Assembly (NCBI GenBank): GCA_031459535.1
Contig: JAVKIJ010000021.1
Location: 1-37,478 of the forward strand
From: Candidatus Fervidifonticultor quintus
Lineage (GTDB): Bacteria > Sysuimicrobiota > Sysuimicrobiia > Sysuimicrobiales > Humicultoraceae
Direction: 5' to 3'
DNA: 37,478 bases
Below, in pieces: positions 1-9,128 of this stretch (its first letter is position 1; each line of letters begins with the position of its first letter). The position numbers and the translations under genes were made by a program. The notes under the pieces were generated by a model. It saw only the letters and a list, made by a program, of their open reading frames with translations. It was not told where the DNA came from and searched no databases.

Positions 1-1
1 T

Positions 2-220
2 GACCCCGAGACCGCCGCGGTCGCCTGCCCGGTCTTCGGGCCCGATGGCGTCCTGGCTGGCGCGCTGGCCCTCTCAGGGCCGCGCTATCGGTTCACCCGA
101 CCCGCCGTCGCTTCCATGAGACGACTGCTGCTGCGTGCGGCCGCCGACCTGACGGTGGCGCTGGGCGGCGACCGCACGCCGTTTGCCTGGGTGATGCGCC
201 GTGGTGGCGAGACCGTCTGA
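2..220 (+). CDS. IclR-family transcriptional regulator, C-terminal part (5' truncated by window)
   Basis: Frame from position 2 reads DPETAAVACPVFGPDGVLAGALALSGPRYRF...LLRAAADLTVALGG, typical of the IclR effector-domain C-terminus. Stop TGA at 218-220. Not in the ORF track. Confidence 0.85.
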   Translation, partial: DPETAAVACPVFGPDGVLAGALALSGPRYRFTRPAVASMRRLLLRAAADLTVALGGDRTPFAWVMRRGGETV

Positions 221-1439
221 GGGCGTTCTCCCCGAGGGGACCCGCCTCCTGGCTGGCGTGCGCGTCCTCGACCTCACCAATGTCCTGGCCGGACCATTCT
301 GCACGTTCCAGCTAGCGCTGATCGGCGCCGACGTGATCAAGGTCGAGCTTCCTGGAAGCGGGGACCTGGCCCGGCAACTGGGCGCCGATCCCGAGCTAAA
401 CCGGCGGTTGTTGGGAGCGTCGTTCCTGGCCCAGAACGCCGGCAAGCGATCGCTTGCGCTGAACCTCAAATGCGCGGCCGGGAAGGAGATCTTCACGCGA
501 CTGGTGAGGACGGCCGATGTCCTGGTCGAGAACTTCCGGCCCGGTGTGATGGCGCGGCTGGGTCTGGCATACGACCGCCTGGCGGCCGAAAACCCCGGCC
601 TGATCTACTGCGCCATCTCGGGCTTCGGCCAGGATGGGCCACTGCGCGACAACCCGGCTTACGATCAGATCATCCAGGGGTTGTCCGGCGTCATGAGTGT
701 GACCGGTGATGCTGAGTCGGGGCCGCTTCGCGTGGGGTTCCCGGTGTGCGACACGATCGGTGGTCTCACCGCCGCCTTCGCGATCTGCGGCGCCCTCTAC
801 CGCCGCCGGCAGTCGGGGCAGGGCACGTTCATCGACGTCTCGATGCTGGACGCCACACTGGTCGCCCTGGGTTGGGTGGTATCCAATTACCTCATCGCTG
901 GCGAGATCCCCAGGCGCATGGGCAACGAGAACGTGACCGCCAGTCCCTCGGGCACATTTCGCACGGCCGACGGTCTGCTGAACATCGCCGCCAACAAGCA
1001 GGAGCAGTTCGAGGCCCTCTGCCGGGTGCTCGGGCGCGGCGAACTGATCGACGACCCTCGGTTCGCCAGGCGCGCCGACCGCTTGGCGAACCGCCTGGCG
1101 CTGAAAGCCGAACTTGAGCGTGTCCTGGTCAGCCAGACCGCCGCCGAGTGGGCTGCGCGCCTCAACGCGGCCGGTGTCCCCGCCGGTGAGGTGCTCACCG
1201 TGCCGCAGATCCTCTCACACCCTCAGGTGAGCGCGCGTGATCTGGTCGAACACTTCACCGACGTGCCTGGGGCCGACCGACCGGTCGCGGTGGTCACCGC
1301 GGGGTTCACCCTGGCCGGACAGCGCCCCCACGCCGCCATGCCGCCACCGGTCCTGGGCAAGCACACCGACCAGATCCTCGCCGAGCTGGGCTACACGGCC
1401 GAGGAGGTCGAGCGATTCCGCAGCGAGGGAGTGCTATGA
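201..1439 (+). CDS. CaiB/BaiF family (class III) CoA-transferase
   Basis: Motifs LAGVRVLDLT..LAGPFCT, GADVIKVE, NAGKRS, ADVLVENFRPG, ISGFGQDGP, and AYD (catalytic Asp region). Confidence 0.95.
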   Translation: MVARPSEGVLPEGTRLLAGVRVLDLTNVLAGPFCTFQLALIGADVIKVELPGSGDLARQLGADPELNRRLLGASFLAQNAGKRSLALNLKCAAGKEIFTRLVRTADVLVENFRPGVMARLGLAYDRLAAENPGLIYCAISGFGQDGPLRDNPAYDQIIQGLSGVMSVTGDAESGPLRVGFPVCDTIGGLTAAFAICGALYRRRQSGQGTFIDVSMLDATLVALGWVVSNYLIAGEIPRRMGNENVTASPSGTFRTADGLLNIAANKQEQFEALCRVLGRGELIDDPRFARRADRLANRLALKAELERVLVSQTAAEWAARLNAAGVPAGEVLTVPQILSHPQVSARDLVEHFTDVPGADRPVAVVTAGFTLAGQRPHAAMPPPVLGKHTDQILAELGYTAEEVERFRSEGVL

Positions 1440-2311
1440 GCGAGCCGAGCCTGGACGTCGTCCGATCGTGGTGGCGCACGGCGCTGATCGACACCGCGCC
1501 GGGGCAGATCCACATACGCGGCTATCCCATCGAGCAGCTCATCGGCGCGGTCAGCTTCCCCGCCATGGTCTGGTTGCTGCTGCGTGGCGATCTCCCGTCC
1601 CGAGCGCAGGCCGACCTGCTGGAAGCCGCTATGGTGGCGTCGGTGGATCACGGCCCGCACGCGCCGTCCATCGCGGTGGCGCGCATGGCCATCACCTGCG
1701 GGCTCGGGCTGAACGGCGCTGTGGCATGCGGGGTCAACACGCTCGGCGACATTCATGGGGGCGCCGGGCAGCAGTGTATGGAGCTCTACCGGGAGGTGGC
1801 CGCCGCATGGGAGGCTACCGGCTCGTTGGAGCGGGCGGCTAGCGAAGCACTCGACCGGCTCCTGGCGACGCCGGGCGCCTTCGTCCCTGGCTTCGGCCAT
1901 CGGTTCCACCAGGTGGACCCACGGGCCGGCAGGCTCCTGGCCCTGGTGGACCAGGCTGCGGCCGCCGGGGTGGTCGAGGGCAGGTTCGCGGCGGTCGGCC
2001 GCGCCGTCGAGGCCGCCCTGGCCGCGCGCAAGGGCCGGCGGATCCCCATGAACATCGACGGGGTCACGGCCGTGGTGTACGCCGAGCTGGGGTTCGAGCC
2101 CCCGCTGGCCCGGGGGCTGTTCATCCTGTCGCGGTCGGTCGGCATCCTGGCCCACGCGTGGGAGCAGAGCCGGCAGGGTGAGCGCATCAAGGGCCCGATC
2201 CCGCCCCAGGTGGACTACACCTATGAGGGACCTCCGCCACGCCCGCTCCCACACGACACCTGGCGGGAGTCGCAGGGCAGGCGTCGAACGATGGGGATCC
2301 AAGAGGCCTGA
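1436..2311 (+). CDS. Citryl-CoA lyase-like protein (citrate synthase superfamily)
   Basis: Motifs IRGYPIEQLIG, DHG..APS, IHGGAG, PGFGHR, NIDG. ATGA overlap with the CoA-transferase stop. Confidence 0.9.
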   Translation: MSEPSLDVVRSWWRTALIDTAPGQIHIRGYPIEQLIGAVSFPAMVWLLLRGDLPSRAQADLLEAAMVASVDHGPHAPSIAVARMAITCGLGLNGAVACGVNTLGDIHGGAGQQCMELYREVAAAWEATGSLERAASEALDRLLATPGAFVPGFGHRFHQVDPRAGRLLALVDQAAAAGVVEGRFAAVGRAVEAALAARKGRRIPMNIDGVTAVVYAELGFEPPLARGLFILSRSVGILAHAWEQSRQGERIKGPIPPQVDYTYEGPPPRPLPHDTWRESQGRRRTMGIQEA

Positions 2312-2334
2312 GTTCGCCACTGGGAGGAGTGACC

Positions 2335-3330
2335 ATGGGCATGCGCACGAGGATCCTGGCAGCACTGGGGCTTGCCGCCCTGATCGCAGCCGGCGCGATG
2401 CCGGCCTTGAGCGCGCCGGCGTATCCGACCAAACCTTTGGAGATCATCGCCCCCGCCTCCGCTGGTGGCGGGTGGGATCTGACGGCTCGCATGACCGCTA
2501 AGGCGCTGGCCGAGGAGAAGTTGATCACGACGCCGATCACCGTCACCAACATGCCGGGCGGCAGCGGTGCGGTGGCGGTGGCGCACATGGTCACGCGCCG
2601 CAAGGGCGACACTCACGTCCTGGCCGTCATGGGGTCGGCGTTCGTGGCCACGCTGGCCCGGAAGGTGGTCCCCTACACCTGGAAGGACATCACGCCGATC
2701 GCCGCCATCACCGGTGACTTCAACATCGTGGCCGTGCGGAAAGACTCCACCTTCAACAACCTGCAGACCCTGCTCCAGGTGTTCAAGCGTGACCCGGCCC
2801 TGGTCACCGTGGCCGGCGGCTCGGCACCCGGCGGGCTCGACCACCTGGCGTTCTCCGAGCTGGCCAAGCGAGTGGGGGTCGACGTCACGAAGGTGCGCTA
2901 CGTGCCCACAGGTGGCGGCGGCGACGCCCTGGCGCTAGTGCTGGGCGGCAACGTCACCGTGCTCTCCACCAGCCTGTCCGAGGTCCTCGCGGCCTTCGAA
3001 GCCGGGCAGATCCGCATCCTCGGCATCATGGCGCCTGAGCGGCTGGGCGGATCGCTACGCGGCGTCCCCACCGCCAGGGAGCAGGGGTTGGACTTCGTCT
3101 ACGTGAACTGGCGCGGTTTCTACATGCCGCCTGACATCCCGGCCGACGTGTTCAAGTTCTGGGAGGAGACCATCACCGAAAAGATGGTGCGGAGCCGCAC
3201 GTGGGCCAAGATCCTCGACGACACTCGATGGGCGCCTTTCGTGCTCAAGGGCGATCGGTTCCGCAAGTTCATTGAGGACGACGTGGTCTCCACCCAGCGT
3301 CTGCTCACCGAGCTGGGCCTGATGCGCTGA
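2335..3330 (+). CDS. tctC: Tripartite tricarboxylate transporter substrate-binding protein
   Basis: Signal peptide followed by YPTKPLEIIAPASAGGGWD, NMPGGSG and NWRG motifs. GGAGG Shine-Dalgarno (SD) before ATG 2335. Confidence 0.93.
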   Translation: MGMRTRILAALGLAALIAAGAMPALSAPAYPTKPLEIIAPASAGGGWDLTARMTAKALAEEKLITTPITVTNMPGGSGAVAVAHMVTRRKGDTHVLAVMGSAFVATLARKVVPYTWKDITPIAAITGDFNIVAVRKDSTFNNLQTLLQVFKRDPALVTVAGGSAPGGLDHLAFSELAKRVGVDVTKVRYVPTGGGGDALALVLGGNVTVLSTSLSEVLAAFEAGQIRILGIMAPERLGGSLRGVPTAREQGLDFVYVNWRGFYMPPDIPADVFKFWEETITEKMVRSRTWAKILDDTRWAPFVLKGDRFRKFIEDDVVSTQRLLTELGLMR

Positions 3331-3345
3331 TCGGGCAGCTGTGCC

Positions 3346-3828
3346 ATGACCGGGGCCCGCGAGCCGAGACGGATCGGACGTCTCCCCGGCGCTGACCGCC
3401 TGGCGGCGGTAGTGATCCTGGGGGTGGCCGTCCAGTACATCCGGATCGCCCGCGGCTACCATGGGGTCACGGTCGCCGACGTCCTGGGGCCATCAGCCTA
3501 TCCGTATCTCATCGGGGGGTCAATGGCCCTGATGGCGATCCTCCTGCTGCGACAGTCGACACCCCCGGTCGAGGGCACGTTCTGGGCGCGGCATGGCAAG
3601 CCGGCCCTGCTGGCCGCTTCGCTGTACGCATACATCCGGCTACTGGAGCCACTGGGGTTTCCACTGTCCACCTTCACCTACATCTCGTTCGGCCATCTGT
3701 GGTTGGGCGAGCGGTCGTGGGCTCGGTCTCTGGGATTGGCCGCCGGCATTACCGCCACCCTATGGTTCCTGTTCAACCGCATCTTCGACCTCAACCTGCC
3801 CGTCGGCTTCCTGGGGTGGCCTCGATGA
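3346..3828 (+). CDS. tctB: Tripartite tricarboxylate transporter small membrane subunit
   Basis: 160 aa with about 4 hydrophobic segments, GPSAYP and C-terminal LF..F.L.LP.G motifs. Lies between tctC and tctA. Confidence 0.88.
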   Translation: MTGAREPRRIGRLPGADRLAAVVILGVAVQYIRIARGYHGVTVADVLGPSAYPYLIGGSMALMAILLLRQSTPPVEGTFWARHGKPALLAASLYAYIRLLEPLGFPLSTFTYISFGHLWLGERSWARSLGLAAGITATLWFLFNRIFDLNLPVGFLGWPR

Positions 3829-5336
3829 GCGCGGTGCTCCACAACCTGGGGTACGGCTTCTCGGTGGCGCTGCAACCGGCCAATCTGCTCTACGCCGCGC
3901 TGGGCGCCTTCGTGGGATCCCTGATCGGCGTGCTGCCCGGCATCGGTCCGGTCACCGGCGTGGCGTTGCTGATCCCGTTGGTCGTGGGCATCAACCCCGC
4001 CTCGGCCATGATTATGCTCACGGCCGTCTTCTATGGCGCCATGTACGGAGGCTCCACCACCTCGATCCTGGTCAACGTGCCGGGCGAGGCCTCGTCGGTC
4101 GCGACGACGTTCGACGGCTACCAGATGGCCCTGCAGGGTCGGGCAGGACCGGCCCTGTCCATCGCGGCCATCGGCTCGTTCATCGCCGGCACGTTCGGCG
4201 TGGTCGGCATGATGTTCTTCTCGCTGCCCCTGGCCCACTTCGCCCTGCGGTTTGGCCCGGCGGAGTACTGCGCGCTCATGATCCTGGGCCTCTCGACGGT
4301 CGCCACGCTGGCTGGCGAGAACCTGGTCAAGGCGATCCTGTCGGTGCTCTTTGGCCTGATGCTGGCCACCGTGGGCACGGACCTGGTGACCGGCATCGAC
4401 CGCTACACGTTCGGGGTCCCCGACCTGCTGGACGGCATCGATCTCGTAACGGTGGCCGTAGGCTTGTTCGCCATCTCCGAGGTGCTGCTGGTCGTGGAGC
4501 AGATCGCCCGCGGTGAGCGCAAGTTCGCTAGGATCACACGGCTCTGGCTGACGATGAAGGACTTCACCGCGAGCTGGTGGTCCATCGTTCGCGGCACGCT
4601 GGTCGGCTTCTACATCGGGATCCTCCCTGGGGCCGGTGCCACCATCGCCTCGTTCCTCTCGTACGGACTGGAGAAGCGGTTGGCCCGGGACCCCTCGACG
4701 TTCGGCAGAGGCGACATCCGCGGGGTAGCCGCCCCGGAGTCCGCCAACAACGCCTCAGCCGTGGGCGCCATGATCCCCATGCTGACCCTGGGCATCCCCG
4801 GGTCGTCGACCACCGCGGTCATGATGGGCGCGCTCATGATCATGAACGTGCTGCCCGGGCCGCAGCTCTTCACCAAGCACCCGGATGTGGTCTGGGGACT
4901 CATGGCCAGCATGTACGTGAGCAACGCCATCCTGCTGCTCCTCAACCTGCCGCTGGTCGGCCTGTTCGTCCAGATCCTCAAGATCCGCGAGCGCTTCCTC
5001 TATCCGACCATCATCGTGATCTGCGTGATCGGGGTGTTTGCCGCCGGCCGCAGCGTGGTGGACCTGACCCTGATGCTGCTGCTGGGTGTGCTGGGCTACT
5101 ACATGCGGCGGCACGACTACCCGGTGGGGCCGGCGATCCTGGGCCTCGTGCTAGGCGACCGCATGGAGCAGTCCATGCGCCAGGCGTTGATCATCAGCAA
5201 CGGGGACTGGCTCACGTTCGTGACGCGACCGATCTCGGCGGTCATCCTACTGCTGGCCGCCCTATCGCTGGCGGCGCCGTCTGTCATCGCGGTGCTGAAG
5301 CGAAAGCCCAGGGTGGTCCTGGCGGAAGACGTCTGA
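3825..5336 (+). CDS. tctA: Tripartite tricarboxylate transporter large membrane subunit
   Basis: Motifs GVLPGIGP, YGAMYGGS, PGEASS...DGY, APESANNA, LTLGIPGS. Start taken at ATG 3825 (ATGA overlap with tctB), not the track start 3699. Confidence 0.95.
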   Translation: MSAVLHNLGYGFSVALQPANLLYAALGAFVGSLIGVLPGIGPVTGVALLIPLVVGINPASAMIMLTAVFYGAMYGGSTTSILVNVPGEASSVATTFDGYQMALQGRAGPALSIAAIGSFIAGTFGVVGMMFFSLPLAHFALRFGPAEYCALMILGLSTVATLAGENLVKAILSVLFGLMLATVGTDLVTGIDRYTFGVPDLLDGIDLVTVAVGLFAISEVLLVVEQIARGERKFARITRLWLTMKDFTASWWSIVRGTLVGFYIGILPGAGATIASFLSYGLEKRLARDPSTFGRGDIRGVAAPESANNASAVGAMIPMLTLGIPGSSTTAVMMGALMIMNVLPGPQLFTKHPDVVWGLMASMYVSNAILLLLNLPLVGLFVQILKIRERFLYPTIIVICVIGVFAAGRSVVDLTLMLLLGVLGYYMRRHDYPVGPAILGLVLGDRMEQSMRQALIISNGDWLTFVTRPISAVILLLAALSLAAPSVIAVLKRKPRVVLAEDV

Positions 5337-5351
5337 GGATCTGCCAGGCCC

Positions 5352-6719
5352 TCAGACCGTCTCGGCCTGACCCACGACCGGGACCGACGCCGTGATTCCG
5401 TTCGATGTCAACGCTGCGGCCAGCGCCGTCGCCGGTCCTTGGTCCCCGTGCACGCAGAAGACCCGGCCGGTCGCCGGTACCCGCTGCACCCACGCCAGCA
5501 GCTCGCTGCGGTCGGCATGAGCGCTGAACGCGTCGGCTCGGGCGACCTGCAGGGCAACCCGGTGGGGCTCCCCGTAGATTCTCACCTCGGAGGCACCATC
5601 CAAAATCCGGCGGCCCAGGGTGTGCGCCGCCTGGTAGCCCACGAAGAGGATCGTCGCGCGCGGATCGCCGATGAACCGGCGCAGGTGCAGCAGGATTCGG
5701 CCGCCCTCGGCCATCCCCGACGTGGCAATGACCACGCACGGCTCGTCGCGCTCCACCAGCGCCCTCGAATCCGCCGCCGTTCTCACGTAGCGCAGCATAC
5801 CCAGCCCGAAAGGGTCGCGCCGGCGCAGATGCGCCCTGGTCTCGTCATCGAAGCACTCGGGGTGGCGTCGGAAGATCGCGGTTGCATCAATTGCCATAGG
5901 GCTGTCCACGTAGATCGGCACGTCTGGGATCCGGCCGGCCTCGCGCTGCTGGATCAGCGCGTAGACCAGTTCCTGCGTGCGCCCGATCGCAAACGCCGGA
6001 ATCAGCACGCGGCCGCCACGGCCAGTCGTCTCGGTCACAACCGACGCCAAGCGGGCCAGCGCCCCGGCGTGGCACTCGTGATCCCGGTCGCCGTAGGTGG
6101 ACTCGCAGATGAGCGCGTCCACCGCGGGCAGCAGTTCGGGATCGCGAATGATCGCGGTACCTGGCCGCCCCAGGTCGCCCGTGAACCCCAGCCGCCGGCC
6201 ACCATGTTCGAGCAGCACCAGGGCCGAGCCCAGGATGTGGCCGGCATCGCGAAACGTGACGGACAGGGAACCGACCCGCAAGCGCTGCCCGTACGGCACC
6301 GGCCGCATGAGCGCCACCGCGCGCTCCACATCGCGAGGGGCGTAGAGCGGCTCCACGTCAGGCAGTCCCTGCCGGCGGCGGCTCCGGTTCACGATGGTCA
6401 GATCGTGGCTCCCGACCCTGGCGGCGTCGCGCAGGACCAGCGCCGCCAGATCCCTCGTCGCCGGTGTGCAGTAGATCGGCCCGCGGAATCCCGCAGCAAC
6501 CAGCGTGGGCAGGTTGCCGCAGTGGTCTAGATGGGCATGGGACAGGATGACCGCGGCGACCTGGCGGGGAGGCGTCGGGAGCCGGCGGTTCCACTCGCGG
6601 GCATCGTCCCGGCGGCCCTGGAACAGGCCGCAGTCCAGATAGACGGTCACCGGACCGGACTCGACGATGTGTAGAGATCCGGTGACGGTGCGGACCGCGC
6701 CGTGGAACGTGATCCGGAT
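5352..6719 (-). CDS. Metallo-beta-lactamase fold beta-CASP nuclease (RNA-metabolising, Ysh1/TTHA0252-like)
   Basis: Motifs ITFHGA..TVTGS, DCGLFQG, SHAHLDH, AGHILGS, FTGDLG, ESTYG, PAFAIGR, FSAHAD, VHG. Start proposed at ATC 6719 behind GGAGG (see findings). Confidence 0.9.
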   Translation of the reverse strand: MRITFHGAVRTVTGSLHIVESGPVTVYLDCGLFQGRRDDAREWNRRLPTPPRQVAAVILSHAHLDHCGNLPTLVAAGFRGPIYCTPATRDLAALVLRDAARVGSHDLTIVNRSRRRQGLPDVEPLYAPRDVERAVALMRPVPYGQRLRVGSLSVTFRDAGHILGSALVLLEHGGRRLGFTGDLGRPGTAIIRDPELLPAVDALICESTYGDRDHECHAGALARLASVVTETTGRGGRVLIPAFAIGRTQELVYALIQQREAGRIPDVPIYVDSPMAIDATAIFRRHPECFDDETRAHLRRRDPFGLGMLRYVRTAADSRALVERDEPCVVIATSGMAEGGRILLHLRRFIGDPRATILFVGYQAAHTLGRRILDGASEVRIYGEPHRVALQVARADAFSAHADRSELLAWVQRVPATGRVFCVHGDQGPATALAAALTSNGITASVPVVGQAETV

Positions 6720-6760
6720 GGCCCCTCCTCCGACGGGCTCTGGCGGACGGGTCTCTCGCT

Positions 6761-7747
6761 TCAGGGGGCCATCAGGTACTGCAGGCTGAACGGCGCCCTG
6801 ACGTCCGGGTACAGCGAGGCCGGCGCCGACAGCCACACCCGGAGCTGCCGGCTCGAGGACCCCAGCAGCGACCGCAGCAGACCCTCGCCCCCGTACTCCA
6901 CGACCGCCGGGTCCCTCAGCCCGGTGCGCTGTCTGACGACCTCGAGGGCGTCCGGGAAATGTCCCAGGGTGTCCACTAGGCCCAGGCGCATGGCCTGCTG
7001 GCCGGTGTAGATGCGGCCGTCGGCCAGGCGTCGCACGCGGGCGGGGTCCATGCGCCGGCCCCGTGCCACGACGTGGACGAACCGCTGGTACGCCTCGTCC
7101 ACCAGCCCCTGGAAGATCGCCGCTTCCTCGGCCGTGATCGGGCGATTGGGATTCCCCAGGTCTTTGTAGGCACCGCTCTTGAAGACGATGGTCCGGACGC
7201 CAATCTTACGGCTCAACTCCTGGATGTTGGGCAGGGCGACGATGACGCCGATACTGCCGGTCACCGTGGTGGGGTCGGCGACAATGTGGTTGGTCGCAGC
7301 CGCAATGTAATAGCCGCCCGAGGCCGCGGTTTCCGTCATCAGGGCCACGACCACCTTGTTGCGGCGACGCACGGCCTGGATCTTCTGGTGGATCTCATCG
7401 CTGGCGACCACGGAACCGCCCGGCGTGTCCATCTCCAAAATGACCGCCCGCACGGCCTCGTCGTGCTCCGCGCGGTCCAGCAGAGCGACGATGTGCCGGC
7501 TGGATGCTGCGGCGCCGAAGAGCCCCGCGGCGTCCTCCCGGGCGATGGGGCCGACAATCCGGACTACGGCCACCTTCTCGGGGCCCGTGCCGCTGATGTG
7601 GCGCTCCCCGCCCGGGGCGGGCAGGCCAGCGCGCAGGCTGCCCGCCGCGCCCAACGCGAACCCGATGGCGCCACCCACCAGCATGGCGCCCCCAAGGGCC
7701 ACGAGCGCCAGGGCCACACCCAGAACCACCGCAACGATCTGCCTCAT
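6761..7747 (-). CDS. sppA: Signal peptide peptidase SppA (36K type, peptidase S49)
   Basis: N-terminal TM segment, motifs DTPGG, AASGGYYIA, TGSIGV, KSGAYKD, DGRIYTG. SD AGAGGTGA precedes ATG 7747. Confidence 0.93.
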   Translation of the reverse strand: MRQIVAVVLGVALALVALGGAMLVGGAIGFALGAAGSLRAGLPAPGGERHISGTGPEKVAVVRIVGPIAREDAAGLFGAAASSRHIVALLDRAEHDEAVRAVILEMDTPGGSVVASDEIHQKIQAVRRRNKVVVALMTETAASGGYYIAAATNHIVADPTTVTGSIGVIVALPNIQELSRKIGVRTIVFKSGAYKDLGNPNRPITAEEAAIFQGLVDEAYQRFVHVVARGRRMDPARVRRLADGRIYTGQQAMRLGLVDTLGHFPDALEVVRQRTGLRDPAVVEYGGEGLLRSLLGSSSRQLRVWLSAPASLYPDVRAPFSLQYLMAP

Positions 7748-7853
7748 GATGCTCACCTCTGGCAGAGAGTTCCGCGCCGGAGGCCGGCGATCATGCCGGC
7801 GCGCGGAGATTGCGCGGGCGCACGGAGATGGTAGTGTACGGTAACCTGTGTAC

Positions 7854-7889
7854 TTTCATCGGGTCCCCTCTGGAGGGGACCCGATGAAA
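7854..7889. repeat. Perfect 17-bp inverted repeat inside the IS left end
   Basis: TTTCATCGGGTCCCCTC-tg-GAGGGGACCCGATGAAA. Confidence 0.9.
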
Positions 7890-7937
7890 AGGGCGTATCC
7901 CCAAACCTAGGCCCAACCAGGAAGGGAGAGATACGCC

Positions 7938-9051
7938 CTGGCCAGTCGCACGAAGCTCCTGACCGATTTGACCCTAGCTGACCTGTGGAAGGAGGTCAAG
8001 GACCCTAGCACGCTGGGGGGCGACCTGACACCTTAAGCCCAGCGCACCCTCAAGCTCCTCCCGCAGAACCGCATGCATGAGGAACTGCAGCGTGGGCCCC
8101 TCACCACCACCTGGGGCACTATCCCGGACCTGGAGATCCCTCGCGCCCGCGACGGCGGCTTCACGCCCTCCGTCCTCCCCGCTATCAACGCCGCGTGCGG
8201 GACGTGGGCCACCTCATCCAGGCTGTCTTCCTGGCTGGAATCAGCACCCGCCGGGGTGGGCGCACGCTCGCTGAGCTCCTCGGGAACACCGTCAGCGCCT
8301 CGACCGTCTCTCCCATCACCCAGACCCTCGATCAGGAGGTCGCCGCCTGGCATCGGCGCCCACTCCCAGATCACTACCGCTACCTGCTCCTCGATGCCCT
8401 CACCTTGCGCGTCAAAACCCCTGATAGGACCAAGCGCCGCGTGATCTTGGTCGCCTATGGCTTCACCACGGCCGGCCAGCGCGAGTTGATCGACTACCGC
8501 CTGGTCCGGACTGAATCCCAGGGCGCCTGGGAAGCGTTCCTCACCAACCTCGCCGCCCGAGGCCTGGTGGGCGCTCACCTCGCGCTGGTCACCACCGATG
8601 GCCACCGCGGCCTGCATGCCGCCCTCGAGTTCGTCTATCCCACCGTGCCCGCCAGGCCTGTTGGGTCCATGTCCTGCGCAACGTCGCCTCGCGCCTCCGC
8701 GTCCGCGATCGGGAGCGCTGCCTGACTCTGGCCCGCCGCATCTACGACGCGCCATCCCGCTCCGCTGCCGAGACGGCCCTGCGCCGCTGGGTGCGCGCCT
8801 GGCAGCCCATCGCCCCTCACGCGGTGGCCTGCTTGCTGCGTGACTGGGAAGCGCTCCTGGCCTTCTCCACCGTCCCCCAGCGGGATTGGCGCAAAGTCCG
8901 AACCACGAACGCCACTGAACGCGCCTTCCGCGAGGTCCGCCGGCGGACCCGATCAATGACCTGCTTCACCAATGATGCCAGCTGCGACCGCATCACCTAT
9001 GCGGTCGTGTACTATCTCAATGAGCGCCGGCAGGAGCGTCCTCTGTGGTGA
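7938..9051 (+). pseudogene. IS256/Mutator-family DDE transposase pseudogene
   Basis: Fragments LEIPRARDGGF, AGISTR, YLLLDAL, LVTTDGHRGL, CWVH and RTTNATER..REVRRR lie in different frames. In-frame TAA at 8034-8036, frameshifts near 8180 and 8655, and an apparent deletion near 8090 (the usual RNGY..R segment is missing). Confidence 0.9.
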
Positions 9052-9093
9052 GAAAGTCCACAAGACTCTTTACACTACCACGGAGATCGAGAC

Positions 9094-9122
9094 TTGACCG
9101 GCCTACGCCCGTATGCCAGCAT
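9094..9122 (+). promoter_or_regulatory. Putative sigma70 promoter
   Basis: TTGACC, 17-nt spacer, CAGCAT, with an extended -10 TG at 9114-9115. Confidence 0.5.
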
Positions 9123-9128
9123 GGAGTA

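Larger units (their letters stand above)
7830..9079 (+). mobile_element. IS256-family insertion sequence, 1250 bp, non-autonomous
   Basis: 28-bp imperfect terminal inverted repeats at 7830-7857 (GGTAGTGTACGGTAACCTGTGTACTTTC) and 9052-9079, 21/28 matching. Perfect 8-bp flanking direct repeat ACGGAGAT at 7822-7829 and 9080-9087. Transposase remnants inside. Confidence 0.93.

Noticed and set aside
8034..8036. Programmed read-through or frameshifting in the IS transposase
   Set aside because: IS256 transposases are single ORFs, and several independent lesions indicate decay.
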